NCBI GenBank assembly: GCA_019244185.1 | Contig: JAFATB010000010.1 | Coordinates: forward strand, 57,773-121,772 | DNA from: Acidobacteriota bacterium | Lineage (GTDB): Bacteria > Acidobacteriota > Thermoanaerobaculia > Gp7-AA8 | DNA length: 64,000 nt | Reading direction: 5' to 3' | Part shown: piece after piece, positions 19,212 to 27,581 of the stretch | Position numbering within the stretch: the first letter of the stretch is position 1 | Layout of the letters: the number at the start of each line of letters is the position of its first letter | Notes under the pieces: generated by a model | Database searches by the model: none | Seen by the model: the letters and a program-made list of their open reading frames with translations, nothing else | What the model was told of the DNA's origin: nothing | Made by a program: the position numbers and the translations under genes

Positions 19212-21022
19212 CAGAAGCCGCCGCTCATGTACTTCCACTGCACGATCTTCTCGTTGATCTCGCGCAGGCGCCGGCTGATCATCCGGCAGAGCAGGTTGAG
19301 GAACTGCAGCGACGCGTGCGGATCCATCGAGAGGATCTCGTTCAGCGTCGCGCGGTCGATCGAGAGCACCGTGGCGTCGACCTCGTGCGCCTTCGCGTCG
19401 GCGGAGCGCGGTTTGTCGTCGATGAGCGCCATCTCGCCGAAGAAGTCGCCGCGATCGAGCACCGTGAGCGCTTCCTCGCCGACGCCGGGGATGAACTTCG
19501 AGATGCGCACGCGGCCGTCGAGGACGATGTAGAGCTTGTCGCCCTTCTCCCCCTCGCGGAAGATCATCGAGCCTTCGCGGAAACGCTCTTCCGACGAGAA
19601 CGTGGCCAGCAGTTTCATTTCCGCCGCCGACAATCCGCGTTCCCGGAACAGATCGACCTTGTCTTCCGACTTCACGGTGACCTGCTCGACCTCGCGCGTG
19701 CCTTCGGCGCGTTTGCGGCCCGCGCCTTTCTTCGCGTCTTCCTGGAAGAAGAGCTTGAGCTGTTCGTTCGCGTCGCGGACTTTTTCCGTCAGCGAGCGCC
19801 AGAACGCCCAATGCAGGCCGACGGCGAGCTCCTTGTCCTCGTCCATCAGCTGATCGAGCGCGCTGAAGGAGAAGGTGTAGCAGGCGGACGATTCCGTCGC
19901 CAGCGCATCACTCGAGCGATGCGTGCGGTCGATGAAGTTCATCTCGCCGAAGATGTGATCGGGCGTCAGCGCGCCGAGGATCTGCGGGCCGAAGGGCGTC
20001 TCCTTGCGGATCTCGATGCGGCCGTCGCGGACGACGTAGAAGTCCATCGACTTGTCTTCTTCCTTGAAGACGTAGTCGCCGTTGGTGAAGCCTTCGACGC
20101 GCGCGAGCTTCGAGAGGCGGATGATCTGCTCGTCCTTCATGTGCTGAAAGACGCTGAGTTTGCGCAGTTCGTGAGACGTGGCGATGAGATCCTCGCGCTT
20201 TTCCGCGGCGCGCGTGATTTTGTTGAGGATCTCTTTGAGGTCTTTGCGGCTGTCGAGACGGAAGAGGTTTTCCTTGCGGAACTCGAGGCGCTCGGTGGAG
20301 AGCTGCAGCTGTTCGACGCGCTCCTTGATGCGCGCGTTGAGACCCTTGGTGTCGAGGTTCTCGATGCGCTTGAGCGTGTTGATCATGCGGCGCGTCGGCT
20401 CGGTGGACTCGCCTTTCTGATCGGTCGCGAGGAGGAACGCGTCGATGAAGTCGTCGAGCGAGCGGTCGAAGTTCTTGATCTCGAACTCGATGCGGCCGGA
20501 GATCTCGGCGAGGCCGCGGTCGAACGGATTGAGCTTGCGCGCGGCGGCGATCTCCTCGTGCGCGCATTCCCATTCGCCCTGCGAGTAGTAGAGGCGGCCG
20601 AGGATCTCGAAGGGACGGTAGTTGTTCGGCGTCTTCAGCTTCGCGATCTCGAGGAGCTCGATGGCTTTCGAGGTCTGGTCCTTGGCCATGTAGTACTGGG
20701 CGAGGCCGACGTACTGCGAGGAGTCGACTTCATCACGTCCGCGCTCGGCGGCGAGCTCGCTGCGCACGCTCGCGTAGCGCGCTTCTTCCGCCGCGCGCTT
20801 CTGGTCGCGCACGCGCGCGAGATTGATCCGCAACGAGACCGAGCCCGGCTTGAGCTTCTCGGCCATCTCGTACAGATGGATCGACTCGTCGTACATCCCC
20901 TGATCCGCGTAGCGCCGCGCGAGCACGAGCAGATCGTCCGCCTCGATCGGAACATTCGCCTCCGCGGCCAGCGTGCGGAACCGGGCGCGGGAGGCGGGGC
21001 CGGGGGAGGGAGCGTCGGGCAT
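19211..21022 (-). CDS. TPR-repeat protein with two cyclic-nucleotide-binding domains
   Basis: N-terminal TPR-like helices; FGEMNFIDRTHRSSDA and FFGEMALIDDKPRSADA. Start is 21022 (10 nt after TATAAT) or 21034. Confidence 0.85.
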   Translation of the reverse strand: MPDAPSPGPASRARFRTLAAEANVPIEADDLLVLARRYADQGMYDESIHLYEMAEKLKPGSVSLRINLARVRDQKRAAEEARYASVRSELAAERGRDEVDSSQYVGLAQYYMAKDQTSKAIELLEIAKLKTPNNYRPFEILGRLYYSQGEWECAHEEIAAARKLNPFDRGLAEISGRIEFEIKNFDRSLDDFIDAFLLATDQKGESTEPTRRMINTLKRIENLDTKGLNARIKERVEQLQLSTERLEFRKENLFRLDSRKDLKEILNKITRAAEKREDLIATSHELRKLSVFQHMKDEQIIRLSKLARVEGFTNGDYVFKEEDKSMDFYVVRDGRIEIRKETPFGPQILGALTPDHIFGEMNFIDRTHRSSDALATESSACYTFSFSALDQLMDEDKELAVGLHWAFWRSLTEKVRDANEQLKLFFQEDAKKGAGRKRAEGTREVEQVTVKSEDKVDLFRERGLSAAEMKLLATFSSEERFREGSMIFREGEKGDKLYIVLDGRVRISKFIPGVGEEALTVLDRGDFFGEMALIDDKPRSADAKAHEVDATVLSIDRATLNEILSMDPHASLQFLNLLCRMISRRLREINEKIVQWKYMSGGF

Positions 21023-21039
21023 GGGAGGAGTCATTATAT

Positions 21040-21168
21040 GAAGCAGAATGAAGAACGCAGAACGCAGAATGAAGAATTGAGAATGACACCCGCCCGGTCA
21101 CGCCGTTCCGCCGTTGTCCTTTTCGTCATTCTTCATTCTGCGTTCTGCGTTCTTCATTCATCTGCTTC
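21040..21168. repeat. Heptamer-unit palindrome (GAATGAA/GAACGCA type), copy A
   Basis: GAATGAAGAACGCAGAACGCAGAATGAAGAA and its exact reverse complement flank a unique spacer. Confidence 0.9.
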
Positions 21169-22180
21169 CGATTTCCAGCCCGCCCTCCCCAACTACACCT
21201 TCGACTTCCCCACCGACCACGGCGCGCACCCTGCCTTTCGCACGGAATGGTGGTACTACACGGGGCATCTGCGGACGGGGAACGGGCATCGCTACGGCTT
21301 CGAGCTCACGTTTTTTCGGGTCGGGATTTCGCGTGCGCCGCGGGAGACGGGCTGGGATCTGCGCGATGTGATGCCGGCGCATTTTGCGATCACGGATGTC
21401 GACGGGCGCGCGTTTCGCGCGTACGAGAAGATGAACCGCGCGTCGGCGTTCACGGCGGATGCGGCGGTGGGAAAGCTCGACGTGTTCAATGAAGGCTGGC
21501 GCGCGATTACGAACCCGGATGGCTCGTGGCGGATCGTGGCGTCGGCGGGACGCGATGCGATCGATCTCACGCTGCGCTCGCGCAAGGCGCCGGCGATTCA
21601 CGGCGAGAACGGGATCAGCATCAAGGCGCCGGTCGCGGGCTACGCGTCGCACTACTACTCGATGACGCGGCTCGAGGTCGCGGGCGTCGTGAACGGCGCG
21701 CGCTGCACGGGGCAGGCGTGGATGGATCACGAGTTCGGCTCGTCGGCGCTGCGCGAGAACCAGCAGGGCTGGGACTGGTTTTCGATCCAGCTCGACAGCG
21801 ACGCGGAGCTGATGCTGTACATCATCCGCCGCAAGGACGGCACGCCGGACGTGACGTCGTCGGGATCGCTGATCACCAGCGACGGGCGCGTGATTCCGCT
21901 GCGGCGCGAACAGTTGCGCGTCACCGCGCTGCGGCACTGGACCTCGAAGCGCAGCGGCGCAACGTATCCGATGGGGTGGCGCGTCGAGCTGCCGACGCTC
22001 AACGTCGCGCTCGTGCTCACGCCGCTGCTCGAGTCGCAGGAACTGCTCACCAGCGGCTCGACGCACGTGACGTACTGGGAAGGCGCGGTCGACGTCGCGG
22101 GCTCGTTCGACGGCGTGGCCGTGAGCGGCGAGGGCTACGTCGAGCTGACCGGCTACGACAAGGCGTTCCGCGCTCCGTAG
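21083..22180 (+). CDS. AttH/CrtC-like lipocalin-fold secreted protein
   Basis: FPTDHGAHPAFRTEWWYYTG, SHYYSMTRL, AWMDHEFGS, GWDWFSIQL, YWEGAV, GYVELTGY. Confidence 0.9.
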   Translation: MTPARSRRSAVVLFVILHSAFCVLHSSASDFQPALPNYTFDFPTDHGAHPAFRTEWWYYTGHLRTGNGHRYGFELTFFRVGISRAPRETGWDLRDVMPAHFAITDVDGRAFRAYEKMNRASAFTADAAVGKLDVFNEGWRAITNPDGSWRIVASAGRDAIDLTLRSRKAPAIHGENGISIKAPVAGYASHYYSMTRLEVAGVVNGARCTGQAWMDHEFGSSALRENQQGWDWFSIQLDSDAELMLYIIRRKDGTPDVTSSGSLITSDGRVIPLRREQLRVTALRHWTSKRSGATYPMGWRVELPTLNVALVLTPLLESQELLTSGSTHVTYWEGAVDVAGSFDGVAVSGEGYVELTGYDKAFRAP

Positions 22181-22184
22181 CGCG

Positions 22185-24290
22185 TTACGCGTGCGCGGTG
22201 ACGCGGCGGATCTCGCGCACGAGCTGTTCGCGCGCGGACTTTCCCTTCTGCACGAAGCTCGTCACTTTCGTATGCAGCATCTGCCGATCCTCGGCACTCA
22301 ATTCTTTCGACGTCAGCACGAGGATCGGGATGTTCGCCGTGAGCGGGTTGTCCTTGAGCGAGTCGGCGACTTCGAAGCCGCTCATGCCCGGCATCATGAG
22401 GTCGAGGATGATGACGTCGGGCGACTGCTCCTGTGCCGCGCGCAGGCCTTCTTCGCCGCTCAGCGCCTTCGCGACGGCGAAGCCGAGCGCGGAGAGCTCC
22501 TCGTCGAGCAGCGTATGCACGGACGCGTCGTCGTCGATGACGAGGAGGCGCGGCTTCGCGCCGTCGCCGCGCGTGGTGATCGCGCGCAGGCGTTCGAGCA
22601 GGCGCTCGCGATCGACCGGCTTCACGAAGTAGTCGTCGGCGCCGAGGGCGATGCCGAGGTCGCGGTTGTCGACCATCGAGATGATCACGACGGGAATCGC
22701 GCATGTCGCGGCGTCGCCTTTGAGACGCTTCAGCACTTCCCAGCCGTCGAGTCCGGGCAGCACGAGGTCGAGCGTGACGGCGGCGGGCTGCGACTCGCGC
22801 GCGATGCGCAGCGCCTCGTCGCCATGATGCGCGCGGATCGAGAGGAAGCCGGCCGAGCCGAGCGCGGACGCGATGAGCTCGTACGCGTTCGCGTCGTCTT
22901 CGACCACGAGCACGCGATCGGTCCGCGTGGGCGGCAGCACTTCCGGCGCGCGCGTGACGACCGCCGCGCGCGAGCGCACGGGAAGCGCGATCGAGAACGT
23001 GCTGCCCGCGCCGAGGCGGCTGTCGACGCTCGCGCGTCCGCCCTGCAGCTCGACGAACTTCTTCACGAGCGCGAGGCCGAGTCCCGTGCCGCCGAACTCG
23101 CGGCGGGCGGTGCCGTCGACCTGGCGGAATTCCTCGAAGATCAGCGCGTGGTGTTTCGGGTCGATGCCGATCCCTTCGTCGCGCACGGAGAGCGTGATCC
23201 AACCGTCGGCGAATGCCGCGCGGATCGTGATCGGCTCGTCGGGCGGCGCGAACTTCACGGCGTTCGACAGCAGGTTGAAGAGTACCTGCTTGAACTTCGC
23301 GAGATCGGTCTCGATCTGCGGCAGGTCGGACGGGATGTCGACGACGAAGCGCGGCGTCGCGCGCGCCATGCCGCGCATCACGTGGCAGACGCTCTCGACG
23401 ACCGGCGCGATGGAGAAGAACTCGGGGTAGATCTCCATCTTGCCCGCTTCGATCTTCGAGAGGTCGAGGATGTCGTTGATGATGCCGAGGAGGTGTTGTC
23501 CCGACGCGTGGATGTGGCGGAGGAAGCCGAGGTGCTTCGCGTCGATGCGGGTGTCGAGGCGTTCGACGAGGATCTCGGAGAAACCGATGATCGAGTTCAT
23601 CGGCGTGCGCAGCTCGTGCGACATGTTCGCGAGGAACTGGCTCTTGAGACGATCGGCTTCCTGGCTGCGGCGGTTCGCGTCCGCGAGCTCGTGCGTGAGG
23701 CGCGTCAGCTCCTCGACCTTGCGGCTTTCTTCGAGCTCGAGCTGGCGGATACGCAGCCGCTTCTCCTGCAGGTTCGCCACGCCGACGAGGAAAAAGTACG
23801 AAGCGCCGAAGAGGAAGAGCATGCGCGCGACGGCGAGCAGCAGCACGTCGTTGACGAACGTGGCTTGTCCCATCGCGAACAGCAGGCCGACGTACGCGCA
23901 GGCGTTCACGAGCGACACGGCGTACGCGGCTTTCTTTCCGACGGCGAACGCGGCCACCGACGACGCGGCCATGTACCAGATGAACCACGGGCTGATGATG
24001 CCGCCCGTCGCGTAGACGCCGACCGTGACGAAGAAGACGTCGATGGCGAGCCAGAGCGGATTCAGATGCCGGCGGTCGACGCCGCGGCGGAAGAGGATCG
24101 ACAGCAGGACCGAACTGGCGCACGCGAGTCCCCACACGAGGAACGCCACTTCGAGCCGCAGCGGAAAGACGCCGAGCGCGCGGCCGGCGAGACTCGTGAG
24201 CAGGCCGAGCGTGTAGACGAGGAGGTGATTTCGTTGGACCGCGAGGTCGAAACGAAGCACGCTCGAAACGGCGGCCGGGCGATCGGACAT
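22185..24290 (-). CDS. Membrane hybrid sensor histidine kinase with two receiver domains
   Basis: TM region; FLANMSHELRTP, NLLSNAVKF, GTGLGLA; two REC domains (LDLVLP, LDLMMP). Confidence 0.93.
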   Translation of the reverse strand: MSDRPAAVSSVLRFDLAVQRNHLLVYTLGLLTSLAGRALGVFPLRLEVAFLVWGLACASSVLLSILFRRGVDRRHLNPLWLAIDVFFVTVGVYATGGIISPWFIWYMAASSVAAFAVGKKAAYAVSLVNACAYVGLLFAMGQATFVNDVLLLAVARMLFLFGASYFFLVGVANLQEKRLRIRQLELEESRKVEELTRLTHELADANRRSQEADRLKSQFLANMSHELRTPMNSIIGFSEILVERLDTRIDAKHLGFLRHIHASGQHLLGIINDILDLSKIEAGKMEIYPEFFSIAPVVESVCHVMRGMARATPRFVVDIPSDLPQIETDLAKFKQVLFNLLSNAVKFAPPDEPITIRAAFADGWITLSVRDEGIGIDPKHHALIFEEFRQVDGTARREFGGTGLGLALVKKFVELQGGRASVDSRLGAGSTFSIALPVRSRAAVVTRAPEVLPPTRTDRVLVVEDDANAYELIASALGSAGFLSIRAHHGDEALRIARESQPAAVTLDLVLPGLDGWEVLKRLKGDAATCAIPVVIISMVDNRDLGIALGADDYFVKPVDRERLLERLRAITTRGDGAKPRLLVIDDDASVHTLLDEELSALGFAVAKALSGEEGLRAAQEQSPDVIILDLMMPGMSGFEVADSLKDNPLTANIPILVLTSKELSAEDRQMLHTKVTSFVQKGKSAREQLVREIRRVTAHA

Positions 24291-24328
24291 GAGACTGTGC
24301 GAGAAATTGTACGGGACGGCGCCGCGCG

Positions 24329-26863
24329 TTACTCGCTCTTGATGGCGCTGGCGATGTGAATGCCGCGCGCGAGCCGCGCGGGAACGAGGCCGGCGACCGC
24401 GGACGCGGCGAGCGTGACGCCGAGCGAGGCAGCGATGAGCGCCGCCGGGGTGTGGAAGTCGATCGTCCAGCCGAACGACTGTTTGTTGATCACGTAGATG
24501 AGGATCCACGACAGCGCGTAGCCCATCACGAGTCCCGCGGCGATCGACGCGACGCCGAGGAGCGACGACTCGAGGACGATCATCGTGCGCAGCTCGCGCG
24601 CGGAGAGGCCGCCGACGCGCAGCAGCGCGAGCTCGCGGCGGCGTTCCAGGATCAATGCGGAGAGCGTGTTCACGATGCCGAGCACGGCGACGATGATGGC
24701 CACGCCGAGGAGCGCGTACGTGATCAGAAAGGTCTGGTCGAAGATCTTCATCACCTCGCCGCGGATTTCGGCATTGGTGACGACGAAGGCGTGGTAGCGC
24801 GGCGCGAAGTCGCGTTCGAGCGCGCGGCGGGCGGCGGTGCGGTCGGCGCCCGGTTTCAGATAGACGACGATGGTGTTGATGGCGTCGTCGTGAAACGTGC
24901 GCACGAACAGCGCGCGGTCCATGACCACGACGCCGCGGTCGTTCGAGTAGTCGCGGTAGATGCCGGCGATCGGAAAGTGCGTCGCGCCGAGCACGAAGTC
25001 GTCGCCGAGGTTTTTGTCGAACTTCAGCGCGAAGCTCTCGGAGACGACGACGCCGTGTATGCGGATCGCGTTCGTCAGCGCGGCGCTCGCGGAGCGCGGC
25101 GCGATCATCGGAAGATCGCCGAACTTCGCCGCGACGTCGAAGTCGCCGCTGCCGACGGAGACGATCGTGTCGCGATAGAGCACGTCCTTGCCGCGCACGC
25201 GGTCGATCGCGGCGACGAACGGCAGATGCGCGGCGGCGTCCGCGGCGTTCGCGGGAAAGAGGGCGGTGCCGGCGTTGGTGAGGCCGCGCGCGGGGCGCAG
25301 CCAGAGATCGGAGCTGACGGTCTGGTCCACCCAGATGCGCACGGTCTCGCGGAAGCTGCCGACCATCAGCGCGACCGCGACCATCATGCCCGTCGCCAGC
25401 GCGAGCGCGGCACTGGCGATGGACGTGCGGCGCAGGGACGCGGGGAGCGACTTGGCGGCGAGCGTGCCGATGAGGCCGAACGCGCGCGCGAGGAGCGGCG
25501 CGAGGAGCCGCGACGTGGCGCGCACGATGGCCGGCGCGAGCAGCGAGAAGCCGGCCACGACGAGCAGCACCGCGACGTAGCCGGCAACGGCGATGCCGTC
25601 GATCGGCGGCAGGCGCGAGACGAGCGCGCCGGCGACGAAGCAGACGATCGCCAGCGCGACGAGCAGGCGCGGATGCGCCACGCGCTGCTGCAGCCCGGGA
25701 CGGATCATCGCGTTCGGCGGCACGCGCGCCGCTTCGAGCGCGGGCTGCAGCGCGGAGAGCAGCGAGAGCAGCATGCCGACCGCGACGCCGATCGCCACGA
25801 CGCCCGGCGTCAGCGCGATCGCATCGGGACGCGAGGTCACATACAGCGTGTTGATCGTGCGTCCCACCGCGGCGAGGATGCCGCTCGCGAGGAGGCTCCC
25901 GAGTGCGATCCCGAGCGCGGAGCCGAGCGCCCCGAAGAGCAGGCCTTCCGCGACGAACGCCGCGAAGATCTGTCGCGGCGCGGCGCCGAGCGTCTTCAGC
26001 ACGCCGACGTCGCGGCGGCGGCGCAGGATCGAGATGAGCACGGTGTTGTAGACGAGGAACATGCCGACGAGCAGCGCCACGCCGGCGAGCGCGAAGAGGT
26101 TCACGCGGAACGCGCGCAGCATCTTCTCGACGCGCTCGTTGCGCCGCGACGGCCGCTCGATGCGCGTGCCCGGCGGCAGCGCGAGGTCGCGCAGCGAGAC
26201 GCCGTCGGGCACGAGCAGGTCGACGCGCGAGACCTTGCCCGCGAGACCGAAGTTCCGCTGCGCGACGGCGATGTCACAGATGGCGATGCTGCCGTTGAAC
26301 GCGGTCGCGGGGCCCTGCGCCTCGAGCAGTCCGCGCACGACGAGCGTTCTGCGATGGCCGAGCAGATTGAGCGTGACCGGGCTGCCGATGCCGAGCCGAT
26401 GCTCGCGCGCGAACGGCGCGGGGAGGATCAGCGCGTCGGGCGCGAAGAGGCCGAGGTAGTTGCCGAGCGTTTCGTGCTCGTGGCCGGTCTCGATCTTCGC
26501 GTATCTGTAATCGCGGAAATGCAGGTCGCTGAAGAGATCGACGGCGAGCACGCGGATCGGCAGTTCCTCCGGCTCGAGCACGCCTTCGATGTCGATGACC
26601 GGCGCGAAGCGCACGCCGCGCGGCCACAGCGGCTGCAGGCGCAGCAGCACGCGCTCGTCGAGCGGCGCGACGTCGGGCACGAGCTGGTAATTGGCGCGGC
26701 CGGCGACGGCGTCGACCGACTCGCGGAACGCGCGCAGCGCGCTCTGATTTGCGAGCTGAATCGCGACGACGACCGCGACGCCGACGGCGATGCCGAGGAC
26801 GGTGAGCGAGGTGCGGATCTTCTCGCGCGCGATGGGGCGGAGGACGAGCGCGCGCAGGATCAT
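24329..26863 (-). CDS. ABC transporter permease, MacB/FtsX-like duplicated (AttF/G-like)
   Basis: LTVLGIAVGVAVVVAI, FLVYNTVLISILRRRRDVGVLKTLG, VINKQSFGWTI. Confidence 0.9.
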   Translation of the reverse strand: MILRALVLRPIAREKIRTSLTVLGIAVGVAVVVAIQLANQSALRAFRESVDAVAGRANYQLVPDVAPLDERVLLRLQPLWPRGVRFAPVIDIEGVLEPEELPIRVLAVDLFSDLHFRDYRYAKIETGHEHETLGNYLGLFAPDALILPAPFAREHRLGIGSPVTLNLLGHRRTLVVRGLLEAQGPATAFNGSIAICDIAVAQRNFGLAGKVSRVDLLVPDGVSLRDLALPPGTRIERPSRRNERVEKMLRAFRVNLFALAGVALLVGMFLVYNTVLISILRRRRDVGVLKTLGAAPRQIFAAFVAEGLLFGALGSALGIALGSLLASGILAAVGRTINTLYVTSRPDAIALTPGVVAIGVAVGMLLSLLSALQPALEAARVPPNAMIRPGLQQRVAHPRLLVALAIVCFVAGALVSRLPPIDGIAVAGYVAVLLVVAGFSLLAPAIVRATSRLLAPLLARAFGLIGTLAAKSLPASLRRTSIASAALALATGMMVAVALMVGSFRETVRIWVDQTVSSDLWLRPARGLTNAGTALFPANAADAAAHLPFVAAIDRVRGKDVLYRDTIVSVGSGDFDVAAKFGDLPMIAPRSASAALTNAIRIHGVVVSESFALKFDKNLGDDFVLGATHFPIAGIYRDYSNDRGVVVMDRALFVRTFHDDAINTIVVYLKPGADRTAARRALERDFAPRYHAFVVTNAEIRGEVMKIFDQTFLITYALLGVAIIVAVLGIVNTLSALILERRRELALLRVGGLSARELRTMIVLESSLLGVASIAAGLVMGYALSWILIYVINKQSFGWTIDFHTPAALIAASLGVTLAASAVAGLVPARLARGIHIASAIKSE

Positions 26864-27534
26864 CGTCGTGCGCGTCCGTCCGCGACTTCGATGATGTAGT
26901 CGCCGTACGAGGCCGCGCGCTCGGAGTGCGTGGCCATCACGATCGTCGGACGCAGCGACGCATGCAGCTCGCGCAGCAGCTCGAGGATGACGAGGCCGTT
27001 CTTCGAGTCGAGGTTGCCGGTCGGCTCGTCGGCGAGGAGCAGCGGCGGGCGGTGCACGATCGCGCGGCCGATGGCGACGCGCTGCATCTCGCCGCCGGAG
27101 AGCTCGTTCGGAAAGTGACGCGCGCGTGGCTCGAGGCCGACGCGCGCGAGCACTTCGCGCACGCGTTCCGCGATCTCGCGTTTCGGGCGGCGCGCGAGCG
27201 ACAAGGGAAACGCGACATTCTCGAAGACGTTGAGCGTCGGGATGAGATTGAAGAACTGGAAGACGAAGCCGATCGACGTGCGGCGCAGCTCCGTGAGCCG
27301 TGCCTCGTCGAGCGCGGAGGTTTCGACGTCGCCGAGAAACACCGCGCCGCGCGTGGGGCGATCGACGGCGCCGATGAGCTGCAGCAGCGTCGACTTGCCG
27401 CTGCCCGACGCGCCGACGAGCACCGCGAAGTCGCCTGACGCGATGTCGAGCGAGACGTCGTCGAGCACGTGCACGGCGCCCGACTCGTCGGACGGCGCGT
27501 AGTCGTGGCTGACGGACTCGAGACGGACGCGCAT
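26860..27534 (-). CDS. ABC transporter ATP-binding protein (LolD/AttE-like)
   Basis: [30 protein letters not shown]. Confidence 0.95.
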   Translation of the reverse strand: MRVRLESVSHDYAPSDESGAVHVLDDVSLDIASGDFAVLVGASGSGKSTLLQLIGAVDRPTRGAVFLGDVETSALDEARLTELRRTSIGFVFQFFNLIPTLNVFENVAFPLSLARRPKREIAERVREVLARVGLEPRARHFPNELSGGEMQRVAIGRAIVHRPPLLLADEPTGNLDSKNGLVILELLRELHASLRPTIVMATHSERAASYGDYIIEVADGRARR

Positions 27535-27581
27535 CGCGCCGCGATTGTACGAGCACGCGGCACGAGACTCGGCGTCGGACG

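Noticed and set aside
18842-21082. Apparent 1112-aa fusion ORF upstream of the AttH-like gene
   Set aside because: It is the antisense frame of the TPR-cNMP and AraC genes; only the part from about 21083 is protein-like
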